A stretch of DNA of 64,000 bases from Burkholderiales bacterium (GCA_014860445.1 JACZJT010000032.1:74268-138267); one strand, 5' to 3'; positions 1 to 10,226 are shown, numbered from the stretch's first letter. The notes: a model not told the origin generated them from the sequence alone. Translations and numbers: made by a program.

Positions 1-898
1 CCGTACCGAGGAACTCCGGCGCGCGGAATATGCGCATCTTGGCGCTCAATGTTTCGATCAACGCCATCGCGAAGCCGCCAACGGCGAGCTTGGCCACGAG
101 TGCGGGCAGTGCCAGCATCAATCCGACGGAATCGCCGCCGGCGGCGATGCCGAAGGGGAAGAACAGTGCGATGCCGATACAGGAGTAGACGAACAGCTTC
201 AGCGCCGAGGACAACTCGATCAGCGCCAGATGGCGGCCCGAATACTCCAGCACCATGGCTTCGTGAATCATGGTGAGTTCGAGGTGCGTAGTCGGATTGT
301 CCACCGGGATGCGCGCGTTTTCCGCGAGCGACACCATGGTGAAGGCGATTCCGGCGAAGGCGAGGCTGGGGTAGATGACGAACTCGGCTTGCGCGCGGTG
401 CTGGACGATCGTGGCGAGCGAGGTCGATTGCGAAATCAGCGAAGCGGTGAACAGCGTCATCAGCAGCGCCGGCTCGGCCAGGAATCCCACCATCATTTCC
501 CGCCGCGCGCCGAGCGAACCGAAGGCCGTGCCGATGTCCATGGCGGCGAGCGAGATGAACACCCGCGCCAGTGCGAAAATGCCCACCAGCGCGATGGCGT
601 CGGCGGCGGGCGAGAACGGCAGATCGGTGCCGAGAATCGGAACGATGGCTGCGGCCAGGCACATGCAGGCGAACAGCACGTAGGGCGTCGCGCGGAACAG
701 CGGCGAGGCGCCGTGCGCGAGCACCGCCTCCTTTTCAAAAAGTTTCCTCAGCGTGCGGTAGGGCTGCAAAATGCCCGGGCCGCTTTTGTTCTGCAGCCAG
801 GCGCGGCACTGGTTGACCCAGCCGAGCAGAATCGGCGCGAGCAGCACCGCGAGCAAAATCTCGGTGAGTTGCGCGACGAGTCCGGACCAGGAGATCAT
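1..898 (-). CDS. hyfC: Hydrogenase-4 / formate hydrogenlyase membrane subunit HyfC/HycD-like (NuoH family); only the 5' part is in the window
   Basis: Absent from the ORF track because it has no stop in the window. My translation from the ATG at 898-896 gives MISWSGLVAQLTEILLAVLLAPILLGWVNQCRAWLQNKSGPGILQPYRTLRKLFEKE..., which carries the G-P-G..Q.Y....KLF motif region of HyfC/HycD. ATGA overlap with the hyfB stop. Confidence 0.75.
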   Translation of the reverse strand, partial: MISWSGLVAQLTEILLAVLLAPILLGWVNQCRAWLQNKSGPGILQPYRTLRKLFEKEAVLAHGASPLFRATPYVLFACMCLAAAIVPILGTDLPFSPAADAIALVGIFALARVFISLAAMDIGTAFGSLGARREMMVGFLAEPALLMTLFTASLISQSTSLATIVQHRAQAEFVIYPSLAFAGIAFTMVSLAENARIPVDNPTTHLELTMIHEAMVLEYSGRHLALIELSSALKLFVYSCIGIALFFPFGIAAGGDSVGLMLALPALVAKLAVGGFAMALIETLSAKMRIFRAPEFLGT

Positions 899-2895
899 TG
901 GACGAACAGGAGCAGCACGAGCAGGGTGGCAAAACTGTACATCAGGTACACCGAGATGCGGCCGCGCTGCAGCCGCGTCACCACCCGGGTGAGGGCGTCA
1001 GTGACTTTTGCCAGCGGCAGATAGAGCCAGTACCAAAGATGATCCTCGACGCTAACGCGGTAGCGCGGCGCGGCGTCGAACGGCGTCGGCAGTTCGCGAT
1101 TCATGCGGAAAAACGGCTCGAACACCTGGCGGATCGGCTGGCCGAAACCTTCGGCGGAATCCTGCATGCGGGCGGTCTGCGCCGGAAAGCCGCAATCCCA
1201 GGGCGGTGCGCGGCGCACGCCCGCGTGGTAGTAGTAGCGCACGGCAAGCCAGGTCGCGAGCCACACCGCGAGGATCACGAGCAGGAACAGAAACGGCGCA
1301 TAGCTCGCGCGGCCCGCACTGATCGGCGTCAGGAACATCCAGCCGGTCGCGCTGGCGCCCAGCGTTCTGCCGAGCAGATGGCCCGTGACCGAATCGATGA
1401 CGCCGATGACCGCCACCGGCGCCACGCCCAGGGCGATGCAACCGGCCGCAAGCCAGATCAGGCCGGCGCGTTCCCAGATCCCCGCGTCCTTGGCCTCTGC
1501 GAGGTGTTCTTCGCGCGGTTGGCCGAGAAACACCACGCCGTAGAACTTGACCATCACATAGCCGGCCAGCGCGGCCGCGAGCGCGACCGCGGCGGCTGCG
1601 ACCGGGACCAGCATGTTCAAATAGGGATGCGGCAGGTTGGGTGTGAACAGGAAGGCTTGCAGCAATAGCCATTCGGAGACGAAGCCGTTGAGGGGCGGCA
1701 GTCCGGCGATGGCGAGCGTGCCGATCAGCGCGAGCCAGGCGACCCAGGGCATGCGATGGATCAGACCGCCGAGCTTTCCGAGCGCGCGTTCGTGCGTCGC
1801 GTGCAGCACCGAGCCGGTTGCGAGAAACAGCAGGCTCTTGAAATAGGCGTGGTTGATGCAGTGATAGAGCGTGGCGGTGAGCGCGAGTGCGGCGAGAGAG
1901 TGCATGCCGTAGGATTGAAAAATCACGGTGAGGCCCATGCCCACCAGGATGAAACCGATGTTCTCGATCGAGGAGTAGGCAAGCAGGCGTTTCATGTCGC
2001 TTTGCACCGCGGAAAACACAACCCCGTAGAGCGCGGATGCGATACCGAGCACAAGAATCGCCACGCCCCACCACCACACCTGTACGTGCAGCAGGTCGAA
2101 CAGCACGCGCAACAGACCGTAGATTGCGGTCTTCAGCATGACGGCCGACATCAGCGCCGACACCGGTGACGGCGCCGCCGGATGCGCCTCGGGCAGCCAC
2201 ACGTGCAGCGGCAGCATGCCGGCCTTGGCGCCGAATCCGAACAGCGCCAGCCCGAACGCCACGGTGGCCCAGAACGGCGCGAGCTGCACGGAGCGCATAT
2301 TGTCGAAAGTATAGTCGCCGCTGCCGTGCAGCAGGCCGAAACAAAGCAGTATGCTGATGGCGCCGACGTGCGCAATCAGCAGGTAGAGAAAGCCGGCGCG
2401 GCGTATCTCGGGCTTCGTGTGGTCGCTGGTGACGAGGAAATAGGACGATAGCGCCATCGTCTCCCAGAACACCATGAAGGCGTAGGCGTCGTCGGCCAGC
2501 AGCACCAGCGCCATGCTCGCGATGAAGACGTGGTAATAAAGGCACTGCAGGCCGGGCGGTGTGCCTTCGCCTTTGCGAAAGTAACCTGCGGCGAACACGG
2601 AAATGCCCGCGGTTACGGCACCCAGCAGCAGCAGGAAAAACGCGGACAGCGGGTCCAGGCGCAGGTGGAAGGGCAGGTCCGGAAGTCCGAGCGGCAAGAT
2701 CAGCGAATGCGTGCTTTGTCCCAGCGCGTTGAGTGCCGCGGCCGCGAGCGCCAGCGCTCCCAGTGCACCCACAGGAAACAGCACCCGGCTCACGAGGTGC
2801 AGGTTGCGCGGGAAGAATACGCCGGCAAGCCCCAGCAGGAGCCACAGCAGGATCACGCCCAGGATCAGCGTCAGGGCTGAGCCGGGGCCGGGCAT
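895..2895 (-). CDS. hyfB: Hydrogenase-4 subunit B-like (HyfB/HycC, NuoL/Mrp antiporter-like membrane subunit), 666 aa
   Basis: Lower part of track ORF 895..3489, starting at internal [14 protein letters not shown]... Polytopic protein with LPLHVWLPEAHPAAPSPVSALMSAVMLK and a C-terminal WDCGFP...RISVYLMYSF tail, as in E. coli HyfB (672 aa). The 5' 198 codons of the track ORF are Arg-rich read-through antisense-frame sequence inside metG. Confidence 0.85.
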   Translation of the reverse strand: MPGPGSALTLILGVILLWLLLGLAGVFFPRNLHLVSRVLFPVGALGALALAAAALNALGQSTHSLILPLGLPDLPFHLRLDPLSAFFLLLLGAVTAGISVFAAGYFRKGEGTPPGLQCLYYHVFIASMALVLLADDAYAFMVFWETMALSSYFLVTSDHTKPEIRRAGFLYLLIAHVGAISILLCFGLLHGSGDYTFDNMRSVQLAPFWATVAFGLALFGFGAKAGMLPLHVWLPEAHPAAPSPVSALMSAVMLKTAIYGLLRVLFDLLHVQVWWWGVAILVLGIASALYGVVFSAVQSDMKRLLAYSSIENIGFILVGMGLTVIFQSYGMHSLAALALTATLYHCINHAYFKSLLFLATGSVLHATHERALGKLGGLIHRMPWVAWLALIGTLAIAGLPPLNGFVSEWLLLQAFLFTPNLPHPYLNMLVPVAAAAVALAAALAGYVMVKFYGVVFLGQPREEHLAEAKDAGIWERAGLIWLAAGCIALGVAPVAVIGVIDSVTGHLLGRTLGASATGWMFLTPISAGRASYAPFLFLLVILAVWLATWLAVRYYYHAGVRRAPPWDCGFPAQTARMQDSAEGFGQPIRQVFEPFFRMNRELPTPFDAAPRYRVSVEDHLWYWLYLPLAKVTDALTRVVTRLQRGRISVYLMYSFATLLVLLLFVQ

Positions 2896-5027
2896 TATTT
2901 GACCTTCATGCCCGGCTGCGCGCCGCTGTCGGGTGAAAGCAGATAGATACCCGCAGCGTTGCCGCCGGCCCCTTGTACGTCGCCGCTCGCGGCGAGGACC
3001 ATGCCCTGCGACAGGCCGAATTTCATTTTGCGCGGTGCGAGGTTGGCGACCATCACCGTCAGCCGGCCCTCGAGCGTCGCCGGATCGTAGGCGGATTTGA
3101 TGCCGGCGAACACCGTGCGCTGTTCGCTGCCGATATCGAGCGTGAGTTTCAACAGCTTGTCCGCGCCCTCGACTTGTTCGGCTTTCACGATTTTCGCGAT
3201 GCGCAGGTCGATTTTGGCGAAGTCGTCGATGGAAATCGTCGCGGCCGCCGCACTTGGGGCCGCCGGTCCGGGCGAAGCCGGATGCGGCGTCGACGCGGCC
3301 GGAATGGCTGGAGATTGGCTCTGGGAGCCGAGCTTCGAGGTATTGCTCATCTTCTGTGGTTCCTTTGCCGGCGCCGCCGCCGGGAGGTCGAACAGGGCGT
3401 CGAGTTGCTTTTCCTCTACGCGCCCCATGAGGTGCTGATACTTGTTGATCGCATGTCCGGCGGGCATCAACACGCCGGCGTCGGGCCACTTGAGTTCCGG
3501 GATATTCAGGAACGCCTCCACGCCCCTGGCCAATACCGGCACCACGGGTTTCAGGTAAAGCGTCAGTAGCCTGAACATCTGCAGCGCGTCGGTGCAGGTT
3601 CTGTGCAGGTCGACGGGCCGTCCGGTTTTGGCAATCTCCCAGGGCTTGTTGATGTCGACAAAGACGTTGGCCTTGTCTGCAAGCAGCATGATTTCCCGCA
3701 ACGCCTTGCCGAACTCGCGCGCGTCGTACAGTTCCGCAATCATCGGAGCGGCATCCTGCATCTCGGTGACGAAGGCGTTGCCGTCCTCCTGGCCCAGCAG
3801 TTTTCCGTCAAACCGTTTCGCGATGAACCCGGCACAACGGCTGGCGATGTTGATGTACTTCCCGATCAAATCGCTGTTCACCCGCGCGATGAAATCCTCG
3901 GGATTGAAGTCCAGGTCCTCGACGTTGGCGTTCAGCTTGGCCGCGATGTAGTAGCGCAGCCACTCCGCATTCATGCCGATCTCGAGGTAGCGCAAGGGAC
4001 TGATGCCGGTGCCGCGCGACTTGGACATTTTCAAACCGGACACGGTGATGAAGCCGTGCACGTAGACGCGGTTCGGAATCTTGTAACCCGCGAACTTGAG
4101 CATCGCCGGCCAGAACAGGGTGTGAAAGTAAATGATGTCCTTGCCGATGAAATGAATTTGTTCCGTTTGCGGGTCGGCGAGAAAGGCGGCGAAGTCGATG
4201 CCGGTTTTTGCGCAGTAGTTCTTGAAGCTGGCCAGATAGCCGATCGGCGCATCCAGCCAGACGTAAAAGTATTTGCCCGGTGCATCGGGAATGGGGATGC
4301 CGAAATAGGGCGCATCGCGCGAGATGTCCCAGTCTCCCAGCGCCTTGTCCTCCTTGCCCTCCAGCCATTCCTTCGCCTTGTTCGCGACCTGCGATTGCAG
4401 ACGGTCGTTGCCGGTCCATTCGCGCAGGAATGCGACGCAGCGGGGGTCGGACAGCCTGAAGAAATAGTGCTCCGAGGTCTTGAGTTCGGGAGCGGCGCCG
4501 GAGAGCGTCGAGTACGGGTTCTTCAGGTCGGTAGGCGAATAGACCGAGCTGCAGTTCTCGCAGGCGTCGCCGTACTGGTCCTTCGCGCCGCACTTGGGGC
4601 ATTCGCCCTTGATGTAGCGGTCGGCCAGAAACATGCCCTTTACCGGATCGTAGAACTGTTCGACCGGTTTGGTGTAGGTGAGGCCCGCCGCCCTGAGCTT
4701 GCGGTAGATATCCTGCGACAATTCGGTGTTCTCGGGCGATTCGGTCGAGTGCCAGTTGTCGAAGCCGATGTGAAAACCGTCGAGATATTGCTTGCGTTCG
4801 GCGCCGATGCGAGCGACCAGCTGCTGCGGCGTGACGCCTTCGGCCTCTGCCTTGAGCATGATGGGCGCGCCGTGGGCGTCGTCCGCGCAGACGAAATGCA
4901 CGGTATGGCCGTGCATGCGCTGGAAGCGCACCCAGATGTCGGCCTGGATGTACTCCATGATATGGCCGATGTGAAACGAGCCGTTGGCATACGGCAGGGC
5001 GGTGGTGACGAAGAGTTTGCGCTTCAT
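2895..5027 (-). CDS. metG: Methionyl-tRNA synthetase with C-terminal EMAP/Trbp111-like tRNA-binding domain
   Basis: 710 aa. HIGH-type motif ([10 protein letters not shown]), zinc knuckle [23 protein letters not shown]-terminal [12 protein letters not shown]...LAPRKMKFG. Confidence 0.97.
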   Translation of the reverse strand: MKRKLFVTTALPYANGSFHIGHIMEYIQADIWVRFQRMHGHTVHFVCADDAHGAPIMLKAEAEGVTPQQLVARIGAERKQYLDGFHIGFDNWHSTESPENTELSQDIYRKLRAAGLTYTKPVEQFYDPVKGMFLADRYIKGECPKCGAKDQYGDACENCSSVYSPTDLKNPYSTLSGAAPELKTSEHYFFRLSDPRCVAFLREWTGNDRLQSQVANKAKEWLEGKEDKALGDWDISRDAPYFGIPIPDAPGKYFYVWLDAPIGYLASFKNYCAKTGIDFAAFLADPQTEQIHFIGKDIIYFHTLFWPAMLKFAGYKIPNRVYVHGFITVSGLKMSKSRGTGISPLRYLEIGMNAEWLRYYIAAKLNANVEDLDFNPEDFIARVNSDLIGKYINIASRCAGFIAKRFDGKLLGQEDGNAFVTEMQDAAPMIAELYDAREFGKALREIMLLADKANVFVDINKPWEIAKTGRPVDLHRTCTDALQMFRLLTLYLKPVVPVLARGVEAFLNIPELKWPDAGVLMPAGHAINKYQHLMGRVEEKQLDALFDLPAAAPAKEPQKMSNTSKLGSQSQSPAIPAASTPHPASPGPAAPSAAAATISIDDFAKIDLRIAKIVKAEQVEGADKLLKLTLDIGSEQRTVFAGIKSAYDPATLEGRLTVMVANLAPRKMKFGLSQGMVLAASGDVQGAGGNAAGIYLLSPDSGAQPGMKVK

Positions 5028-5187
5028 TCTGGCTCGGGCTGGTCAAATGGGCGCGCTCGCCGTGGTGGCGGGTGCGACCGGCAAGCCGTGAATTGTATCT
5101 CGCGGCACCTCGAATATCCATTAAAATGAGCACCTTTTCCCCGCGCTGCACGAGCGGCGCGGGGTGACGCGATCAGGAGCATGGACA

Positions 5188-6276
5188 ATGTCAGTTTCGG
5201 AATCACAGATTCAATCCGCCCTCAAGGAAATCGTCGACCCGAATACCGAAAAGGATTTCATTTCCACCAAGTCGGCGCGCAACATCAAGATCAGCGGCAG
5301 CGACGTGTCGCTGGACATCGAGCTCGGCTACCCTGCCAAGACCCAGTTCGAACTGATCCGCAAGATGGTGCAGGAAAAGCTGGCCGCCATCGCGGGGATG
5401 GGCAAGGTCACGGTAAATGTGAAAAGCAAGATCGTCTCGCACAGCGTGCAGCGCGGGGTCAAGCTGATACCGGAAGTGAAGAACATTATCGCCGTGGCCT
5501 CGGGCAAGGGCGGCGTAGGCAAGTCCACGACCGCGGTGAACCTGGCACTGGCGCTGGCCGCGGAAGGTGCAAGCGTCGGGATACTCGACGCCGACATCTA
5601 CGGGCCCTCGCAGCCGACCATGCTGGGCATCACCGGCCGGCCTGAATCAAAGGACGGCAAGTCCCTCGAGCCCATGATCGGTCACGGACTGCAGGCGATT
5701 TCCATCGGCTTTCTGATCGACGTGGACACGCCGATGGTGTGGCGCGGACCGATGGTGACGCAGGCGCTGGAGCAGTTGCTGAAGGACACACACTGGCAGG
5801 GCATTGACTACCTGGTGGTGGACCTGCCTCCGGGCACCGGCGACATCCAGTTGACGCTCGCGCAGAAAGTGCCGGTCACGGGCGCGGTGATCGTCACCAC
5901 GCCGCAGGACATCGCACTGATCGATGCGCGCAAGGGCCTCAAGATGTTCGAGAAGGTCGGCATTCCGATCATCGGCATCGTGGAGAACATGAGCACCCAC
6001 ATCTGCTCCAAGTGCGGGCACGAGGAGCACATGTTCGGTGCAGGCGGCGCGGAGAAAATGTGCAAGGACTTCAATACCGAATTCCTCGGCGCCTTGCCGC
6101 TGGACATCCGTATCCGCGAGCAGACCGATTCGGGCAAACCCAGCGTGGTGGCCGATCCCGACGGGAAAATCGCGGAAATCTACCGCAGGATCGCGCGCCG
6201 CGTCGCCGTCAAGATCTCCGAGCAGGCGAAGGACATGACCTCTAAATTCCCGAATATCGTCATACAAAACACATAG
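5188..6276 (+). CDS. apbC: Fe-S cluster carrier ATPase ApbC/Mrp
   Basis: Track ORF 5164..6276 starts at a GTG. The in-frame ATG at 5188 follows AGGAG (5175-5179) and gives 362 aa. Has the deviant Walker [10 protein letters not shown] and the CSKCGH motif. Divergent from metG, as in E. coli. Confidence 0.93.
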   Translation: MSVSESQIQSALKEIVDPNTEKDFISTKSARNIKISGSDVSLDIELGYPAKTQFELIRKMVQEKLAAIAGMGKVTVNVKSKIVSHSVQRGVKLIPEVKNIIAVASGKGGVGKSTTAVNLALALAAEGASVGILDADIYGPSQPTMLGITGRPESKDGKSLEPMIGHGLQAISIGFLIDVDTPMVWRGPMVTQALEQLLKDTHWQGIDYLVVDLPPGTGDIQLTLAQKVPVTGAVIVTTPQDIALIDARKGLKMFEKVGIPIIGIVENMSTHICSKCGHEEHMFGAGGAEKMCKDFNTEFLGALPLDIRIREQTDSGKPSVVADPDGKIAEIYRRIARRVAVKISEQAKDMTSKFPNIVIQNT

Positions 6277-6289
6277 CAAGCCGTTCTTC

Positions 6290-6856
6290 ATGACTATCAA
6301 ATCCGATAAGTGGATCCGCCGCATGGCGGCGGAGCACAAGATGATCGATCCGTTCGAGCCAAGGCAGGTGCGCGAGGCGAACGGGCACAAGATCGTGTCC
6401 TACGGCACCTCGAGCTACGGTTACGACATACGCTGCTCGAACGATTTCAAGATTTTCACCAATATCAACTCGACCATCGTCGATCCCAAGAATTTCGACG
6501 AGAAGTCCTTCGTCGATTTCAAGGGCGACGTGTGCATCATCCCGCCCAACTCCTTCGCGCTGGCGCGCACCGTGGAGTATTTCCGCATTCCGCGCAATGT
6601 GCTGACCGTGTGCCTGGGCAAATCGACCTACGCGCGCTGCGGCATCATCGTCAACGTCACGCCCTTCGAGCCCGAGTGGGAGGGCTATGTGACCCTGGAG
6701 TTTTCCAATACCACCACGCTGCCGGCCAAGATCTACGCCAACGAGGGCGTAGCGCAGGTGGTGTTCTTCGAGTCGGACGAAGTGTGCGAGACCTCGTACA
6801 AGGACCGCGGCGGGAAGTATCAGGGACAGCAAGGCGTGACCCTGCCCAAAATCTAG
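6290..6856 (+). CDS. dcd: dCTP deaminase
   Basis: 188 aa. Full-length similarity to Dcd (SYGYDIRC..., [28 protein letters not shown]). Confidence 0.97.
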   Translation: MTIKSDKWIRRMAAEHKMIDPFEPRQVREANGHKIVSYGTSSYGYDIRCSNDFKIFTNINSTIVDPKNFDEKSFVDFKGDVCIIPPNSFALARTVEYFRIPRNVLTVCLGKSTYARCGIIVNVTPFEPEWEGYVTLEFSNTTTLPAKIYANEGVAQVVFFESDEVCETSYKDRGGKYQGQQGVTLPKI

Positions 6857-6864
6857 GTCCCGGG

Positions 6865-7104
6865 TCAGCGCAGCGGGTTCTCTTCCGCGCCCGCCACGAT
6901 CGTGATCTGCACATCGGCGAGCCTGACCACCTGCCCGACTCGAATTTTGCAGGTTTTGCGCAGTTCGATGTTTCCATCCACCGACACGCCGCCGCCGGCG
7001 ACCAGCGCCTTGCCGGCGCCGCCGCTGTCGGCAAGGCCGGTCAGTTTCAGCAGCTGGTTCAACTGCACAATTTCCCCTCGCAGGCGGAATTCAATTTCTT
7101 GCAT
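6865..7104 (-). CDS. ybcJ: S4-domain RNA-binding protein, YbcJ family
   Basis: Internal ATG (MQEIEFRL...) of track ORF 6865..7131, whose own start is TTG. Resembles E. coli YbcJ across LLKL.G...SGG.AK..V..G.V.VDG..E.RK.CKI..GQ.V. Confidence 0.7.
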   Translation of the reverse strand: MQEIEFRLRGEIVQLNQLLKLTGLADSGGAGKALVAGGGVSVDGNIELRKTCKIRVGQVVRLADVQITIVAGAEENPLR

Positions 7105-7232
7105 GGGATCCCTTCTGTTTGTGTGTGGCAACGCCCCTATTCTGCGCTCTACGCGGCGCCGCCGGGCGGTCTCGTTTCCGCAGGTCGCTTGAGCCCGCGT
7201 TCCGGTGATCGGCCGAGCGCGCGTTCAAGCTA

Positions 7233-7260
7233 TTGCGCTGCGAGCGTCCGGGCGTATAAT
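7233..7260 (+). promoter_or_regulatory. Candidate sigma70 promoter (TTGCGC-N16-TATAAT) heading a roughly 420-nt leader
   Basis: Perfect TATAAT at 7255-7260 and TTGCGC at 7233-7238. No credible ORF lies between here and the ATG at 7686. Confidence 0.4.
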
Positions 7261-7639
7261 CCGGCCAAAATTACCCTGGGACTTCAGGACAAAGCGAAAG
7301 GCATGATCAGCATTCCCAGCAGCCCAGATTGCCGCCCCGCAGACGAGTGTTTCGTGCTGCGTGCGCCGATGTCCTAGTGGAAACTACGGCACCGTCGCGC
7401 GCCGGCTCGTCGCCGCGCCCTGCAGGAACGATGACAAATGGGCGCCTCGACACGTGCTCCTTGCGAGGAGCCTCACCGGTTCGCCAGGCGGTCCGCCGAC
7501 CCGCTCCGTGTTCCCGTCCTGAACTTCCTCTTTTCCGCGTTCTGATTTCGCCGCGGCAGCCGTTTCTGCATCCGTCGCGCACCCGAGTATCCGCCACCGT
7601 CCACCGGCATTTACGACACTGAAGCCTGCTTGATTACCC

Positions 7640-7666
7640 GGCACCTGTTGCAGGCGCCCATTTTTT
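7640..7666 (+). terminator. Terminator-like hairpin plus T6 tract inside the decarboxylase leader (candidate attenuator)
   Basis: ggcacctg-ttg-caggcgcc (8-bp stem with one A.C mismatch), then ca-TTTTTT at 7661-7666. This sits 10 nt before the GGAGA SD (7676-7680) and 20 nt before the ATG at 7686. Confidence 0.45.
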
Positions 7667-7685
7667 CCGAATTCCGGAGAACCGA

Positions 7686-9953
7686 ATGAAATTCCGCTTT
7701 CCCGTCGTCATCATCGACGAAGACTTCCGCTCCGAGAACACCAGCGGCCTGGGCATACGCGCGCTCGCCAAGGCCATTGAGGAAGAAGGCATGGAAGTGC
7801 TGGGGGTGACGAGCTACGGCGACCTGTCGCAGTTCGCACAGCAGCAGAGCCGTGCCTCGGCGTTCATTCTTTCGATCGACGACGAGGAGTTCACTGCGGG
7901 GCCGGAACTCGATCCCGCCATGCTCAATCTGCGCACCTTCATCGACGAGATCCGCTTTCGTAACGCCGACATTCCGATTTATCTCTACGGCGAGACGCGC
8001 ACTTCACGCCACGTTCCGAACGACATCCTGCGCCAGCTGCACGGCTTCATCCACATGTTCGAGGACACGCCCGAATTCGTCGCGCGCCATATCATCCGCG
8101 AGGCGCGCTCCTACCTCGACGGGCTGTCGCCGCCGTTTTTCCGCGCGCTGGTGCACTACGCGCAGGACGGTTCCTATTCCTGGCATTGCCCGGGGCACTC
8201 GGGCGGGGTGGCGTTCCTGAAAAGCCCGGTGGGGCAGATGTTCCACCAGTTCTTCGGCGAAAACATGCTGCGCGCCGACGTCTGCAATGCGGTGGATGAA
8301 CTGGGCCAGCTGCTGGACCACACCGGGCCGGTCGCCGCCTCGGAGCGGAATGCGGCGCGCATCTTCGGCGCGGATCACTGCTTTTTCGTCACCAACGGCA
8401 CGTCGACCTCGAACAAAATGGTCTGGCATGCCAACGTCGCGCCCGACGATATCGTGGTCGTCGATCGCAACTGCCACGTGTCCATCCTGCATGCGATCAC
8501 CATGACGGGGGCGATTCCGGTGTTCCTGACACCGAAGCGCAACCATCTGGGCATCATCGGCCCGATCCCGCTGGAGGAATTCAGCCCGGAGAACATCAGG
8601 AAGAAAATCGAGGCCAATCCCTTCGCGCGCAAGGCGAAGCGCAAGAAGCCGCGCATCCTCACCATCACCCAGAGCACCTACGACGGCGTGGTCTATAACG
8701 TCGAGATGCTGAAGGACACGCTGAATTCCTCCATCGACACCCTGCATTTCGACGAGGCCTGGCTGCCGCACGCGACCTTCCACGAGTTTTACAAGAACAT
8801 GCACGCGATCGGCCGCGACCGGCCGCGCACCAAGGATTCGATCATTTTCGCGACGCACTCCACGCACAAGCTGCTTGCCGGGATCTCTCAGGCCTCGCAG
8901 ATCCTGGTGCAGGAATCGCAGACGCAGAAACTCGACCGGCACGCCTTCAACGAGGCCTACCTGATGCACACTTCTACGTCGCCGCAGTACGCGATCATCG
9001 CCTCCTGCGACGTTGCCGCTGCGATGATGGAGCCGCCGGGCGGCACGGCGCTGGTCGAGGAATCGATCCTCGAGGCGATCGAGTTTCGTCGCGCGATGCG
9101 CAAGGTCGGCGCCGAGTGGGGCAAGGACTGGTGGTTCAAGGTGTGGGGCCCGGAGAAAATCGTCGCCGAAGGCATCGGTTCGCGCGAGGACTGGGTACTC
9201 AAGGCGAACGAGAAGTGGCACGGCTTCGGCAATCTCGCATCCGGCTTCAATATGCTCGATCCGATCAAGGCCACGGTGATTACGCCCGGGCTGGACGTGT
9301 CGGGCAAGTTCGCACGGACCGGCATTCCGGCGGCCATCGTCACCAAGTATCTCGCCGAGCACGGCGTCATCGTCGAGAAGACCGGGCTGTATTCGTTCTT
9401 CATCATGTTCACCATCGGCATCACCAAGGGACGCTGGAACACGCTGGTGACCGCCTTGCAGCAGTTCAAGGATGACTACGACAAGAACCAGCCGGTCTGG
9501 CGCGCGGTGCCGGAGTTCTGCCAGAAGCATCCGCGCTACGAGAAACTGGGACTGCGCGATCTGTGCGAACAGATTCACGGCATGTACCGGGCGAACGACG
9601 TGGCGCGCGTCACCACCGAGATGTATCTGTCCGACATGCAGCCGGCAATGAAGCCCTCGGACGCCTTCGCGGCCATGGCGCATCATGAGATCGACCGCGT
9701 CAAGATCGACGATCTCGAAGGGCGCGTCACCAGCGTTCTGGTCACACCCTATCCGCCGGGCATTCCCCTGCTGATACCGGGCGAGCGCTTCAACGCCACC
9801 ATCGTGCGCTACCTGCAGTTCGCGCGCGACTTCAACAACCGCTTCCCGGGATTCGAGACCGATATCCACGGCCTGGTCAAGGGCGAGGAGGGGCGCTACC
9901 ACGTCGACTGTGTGCGCCAGTCCGCGCTGCAGTCGGTAAACAAGCAGGCCTGA
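7686..9953 (+). CDS. Orn/Lys/Arg decarboxylase family protein (large PLP fold-type I, LdcA/LdcC/SpeC-like)
   Basis: 755 aa. N-terminal wing domain (MKFRFPVVIIDEDF...), PLP core with the HKLLAGISQAS lysine region, and a C-terminal domain. Substrate cannot be called from sequence alone. Confidence 0.9.
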   Translation: MKFRFPVVIIDEDFRSENTSGLGIRALAKAIEEEGMEVLGVTSYGDLSQFAQQQSRASAFILSIDDEEFTAGPELDPAMLNLRTFIDEIRFRNADIPIYLYGETRTSRHVPNDILRQLHGFIHMFEDTPEFVARHIIREARSYLDGLSPPFFRALVHYAQDGSYSWHCPGHSGGVAFLKSPVGQMFHQFFGENMLRADVCNAVDELGQLLDHTGPVAASERNAARIFGADHCFFVTNGTSTSNKMVWHANVAPDDIVVVDRNCHVSILHAITMTGAIPVFLTPKRNHLGIIGPIPLEEFSPENIRKKIEANPFARKAKRKKPRILTITQSTYDGVVYNVEMLKDTLNSSIDTLHFDEAWLPHATFHEFYKNMHAIGRDRPRTKDSIIFATHSTHKLLAGISQASQILVQESQTQKLDRHAFNEAYLMHTSTSPQYAIIASCDVAAAMMEPPGGTALVEESILEAIEFRRAMRKVGAEWGKDWWFKVWGPEKIVAEGIGSREDWVLKANEKWHGFGNLASGFNMLDPIKATVITPGLDVSGKFARTGIPAAIVTKYLAEHGVIVEKTGLYSFFIMFTIGITKGRWNTLVTALQQFKDDYDKNQPVWRAVPEFCQKHPRYEKLGLRDLCEQIHGMYRANDVARVTTEMYLSDMQPAMKPSDAFAAMAHHEIDRVKIDDLEGRVTSVLVTPYPPGIPLLIPGERFNATIVRYLQFARDFNNRFPGFETDIHGLVKGEEGRYHVDCVRQSALQSVNKQA

Positions 9954-9968
9954 TCGAAGTCTGCAGGC

Positions 9969-10016
9969 GGCAGGCGAAAAAAAAGCCCGGTTTCCCGGGC
10001 TTTTTTTTCGCCTGCC
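9969..10016. terminator. Bidirectional rho-independent terminator between the decarboxylase gene and cspA
   Basis: Perfect 22-bp inverted repeat ggcaggcgaaaaaaaagcccgg / ccgggcttttttttcgcctgcc with loop tttc. A and T tracts flank both arms. Confidence 0.85.
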
Positions 10017-10019
10017 TGC

Positions 10020-10226
10020 TTACTCGGCCGGCTTGATATTGACAGCCTGGTCGCCTTTCTGACCGGCCGTAATGTCGAAGGTCACCTTCTGGTTTTCCTG
10101 CAGGCTTTTGAAGCCGTTGCCCTGGATGGCCGAGAAGTGTGCAAATAGATCCTTGCCGCCGCCGTCGGGGGTGATGAAACCGAAACCCTTGGCGTCGTTA
10201 AACCATTTAACGGTACCTGTACTCAT
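10020..10226 (-). CDS. cspA: Cold-shock protein, CspA family
   Basis: 68 aa. RNP1/RNP2 motifs KGFGFI and DLFAHFS. Confidence 0.95.
   Translation of the reverse strand: MSTGTVKWFNDAKGFGFITPDGGGKDLFAHFSAIQGNGFKSLQENQKVTFDITAGQKGDQAVNIKPAE

Noticed and set aside
895-3489. 864-aa version of the hyfB ORF, and similar 5'-extended track ORFs (27376..29448, 12771..13733, 54976..56184, 55716..56612, 43587..44648, 36238..36993)
   Set aside because: The extensions are Arg-rich read-through into neighbouring genes' alternative frames. Internal starts give lengths and N-termini that match the protein families, and often create ATGA or GTGA coupling with the upstream gene.
7303-7377. 24-codon uORF (MISIPSSPDCRPADECFVLRAPMS) in the decarboxylase leader as a possible sensing leader peptide
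   Set aside because: The only purine-rich element (GAAAGG) ends 1 nt before the ATG, which is too close to serve as an SD. There is no enrichment of Lys, Arg or Orn-related codons. It is simply the tail of a long out-of-frame ORF. It is kept only as a remote possibility within the leader finding.
7260-7540. Known housekeeping RNA (6S, RNase P, tmRNA, SRP) in the long ORF-free region
   Set aside because: I could not find the conserved cores. There is no GAGGAAAGUCC-type RNase P motif, no tmRNA tRNA-like ends or tag ORF, and no SRP GGAA/AGCA domain IV motif. The region is too long and lacks the characteristic 6S central-bubble context. This cannot be excluded without a covariance-model scan.
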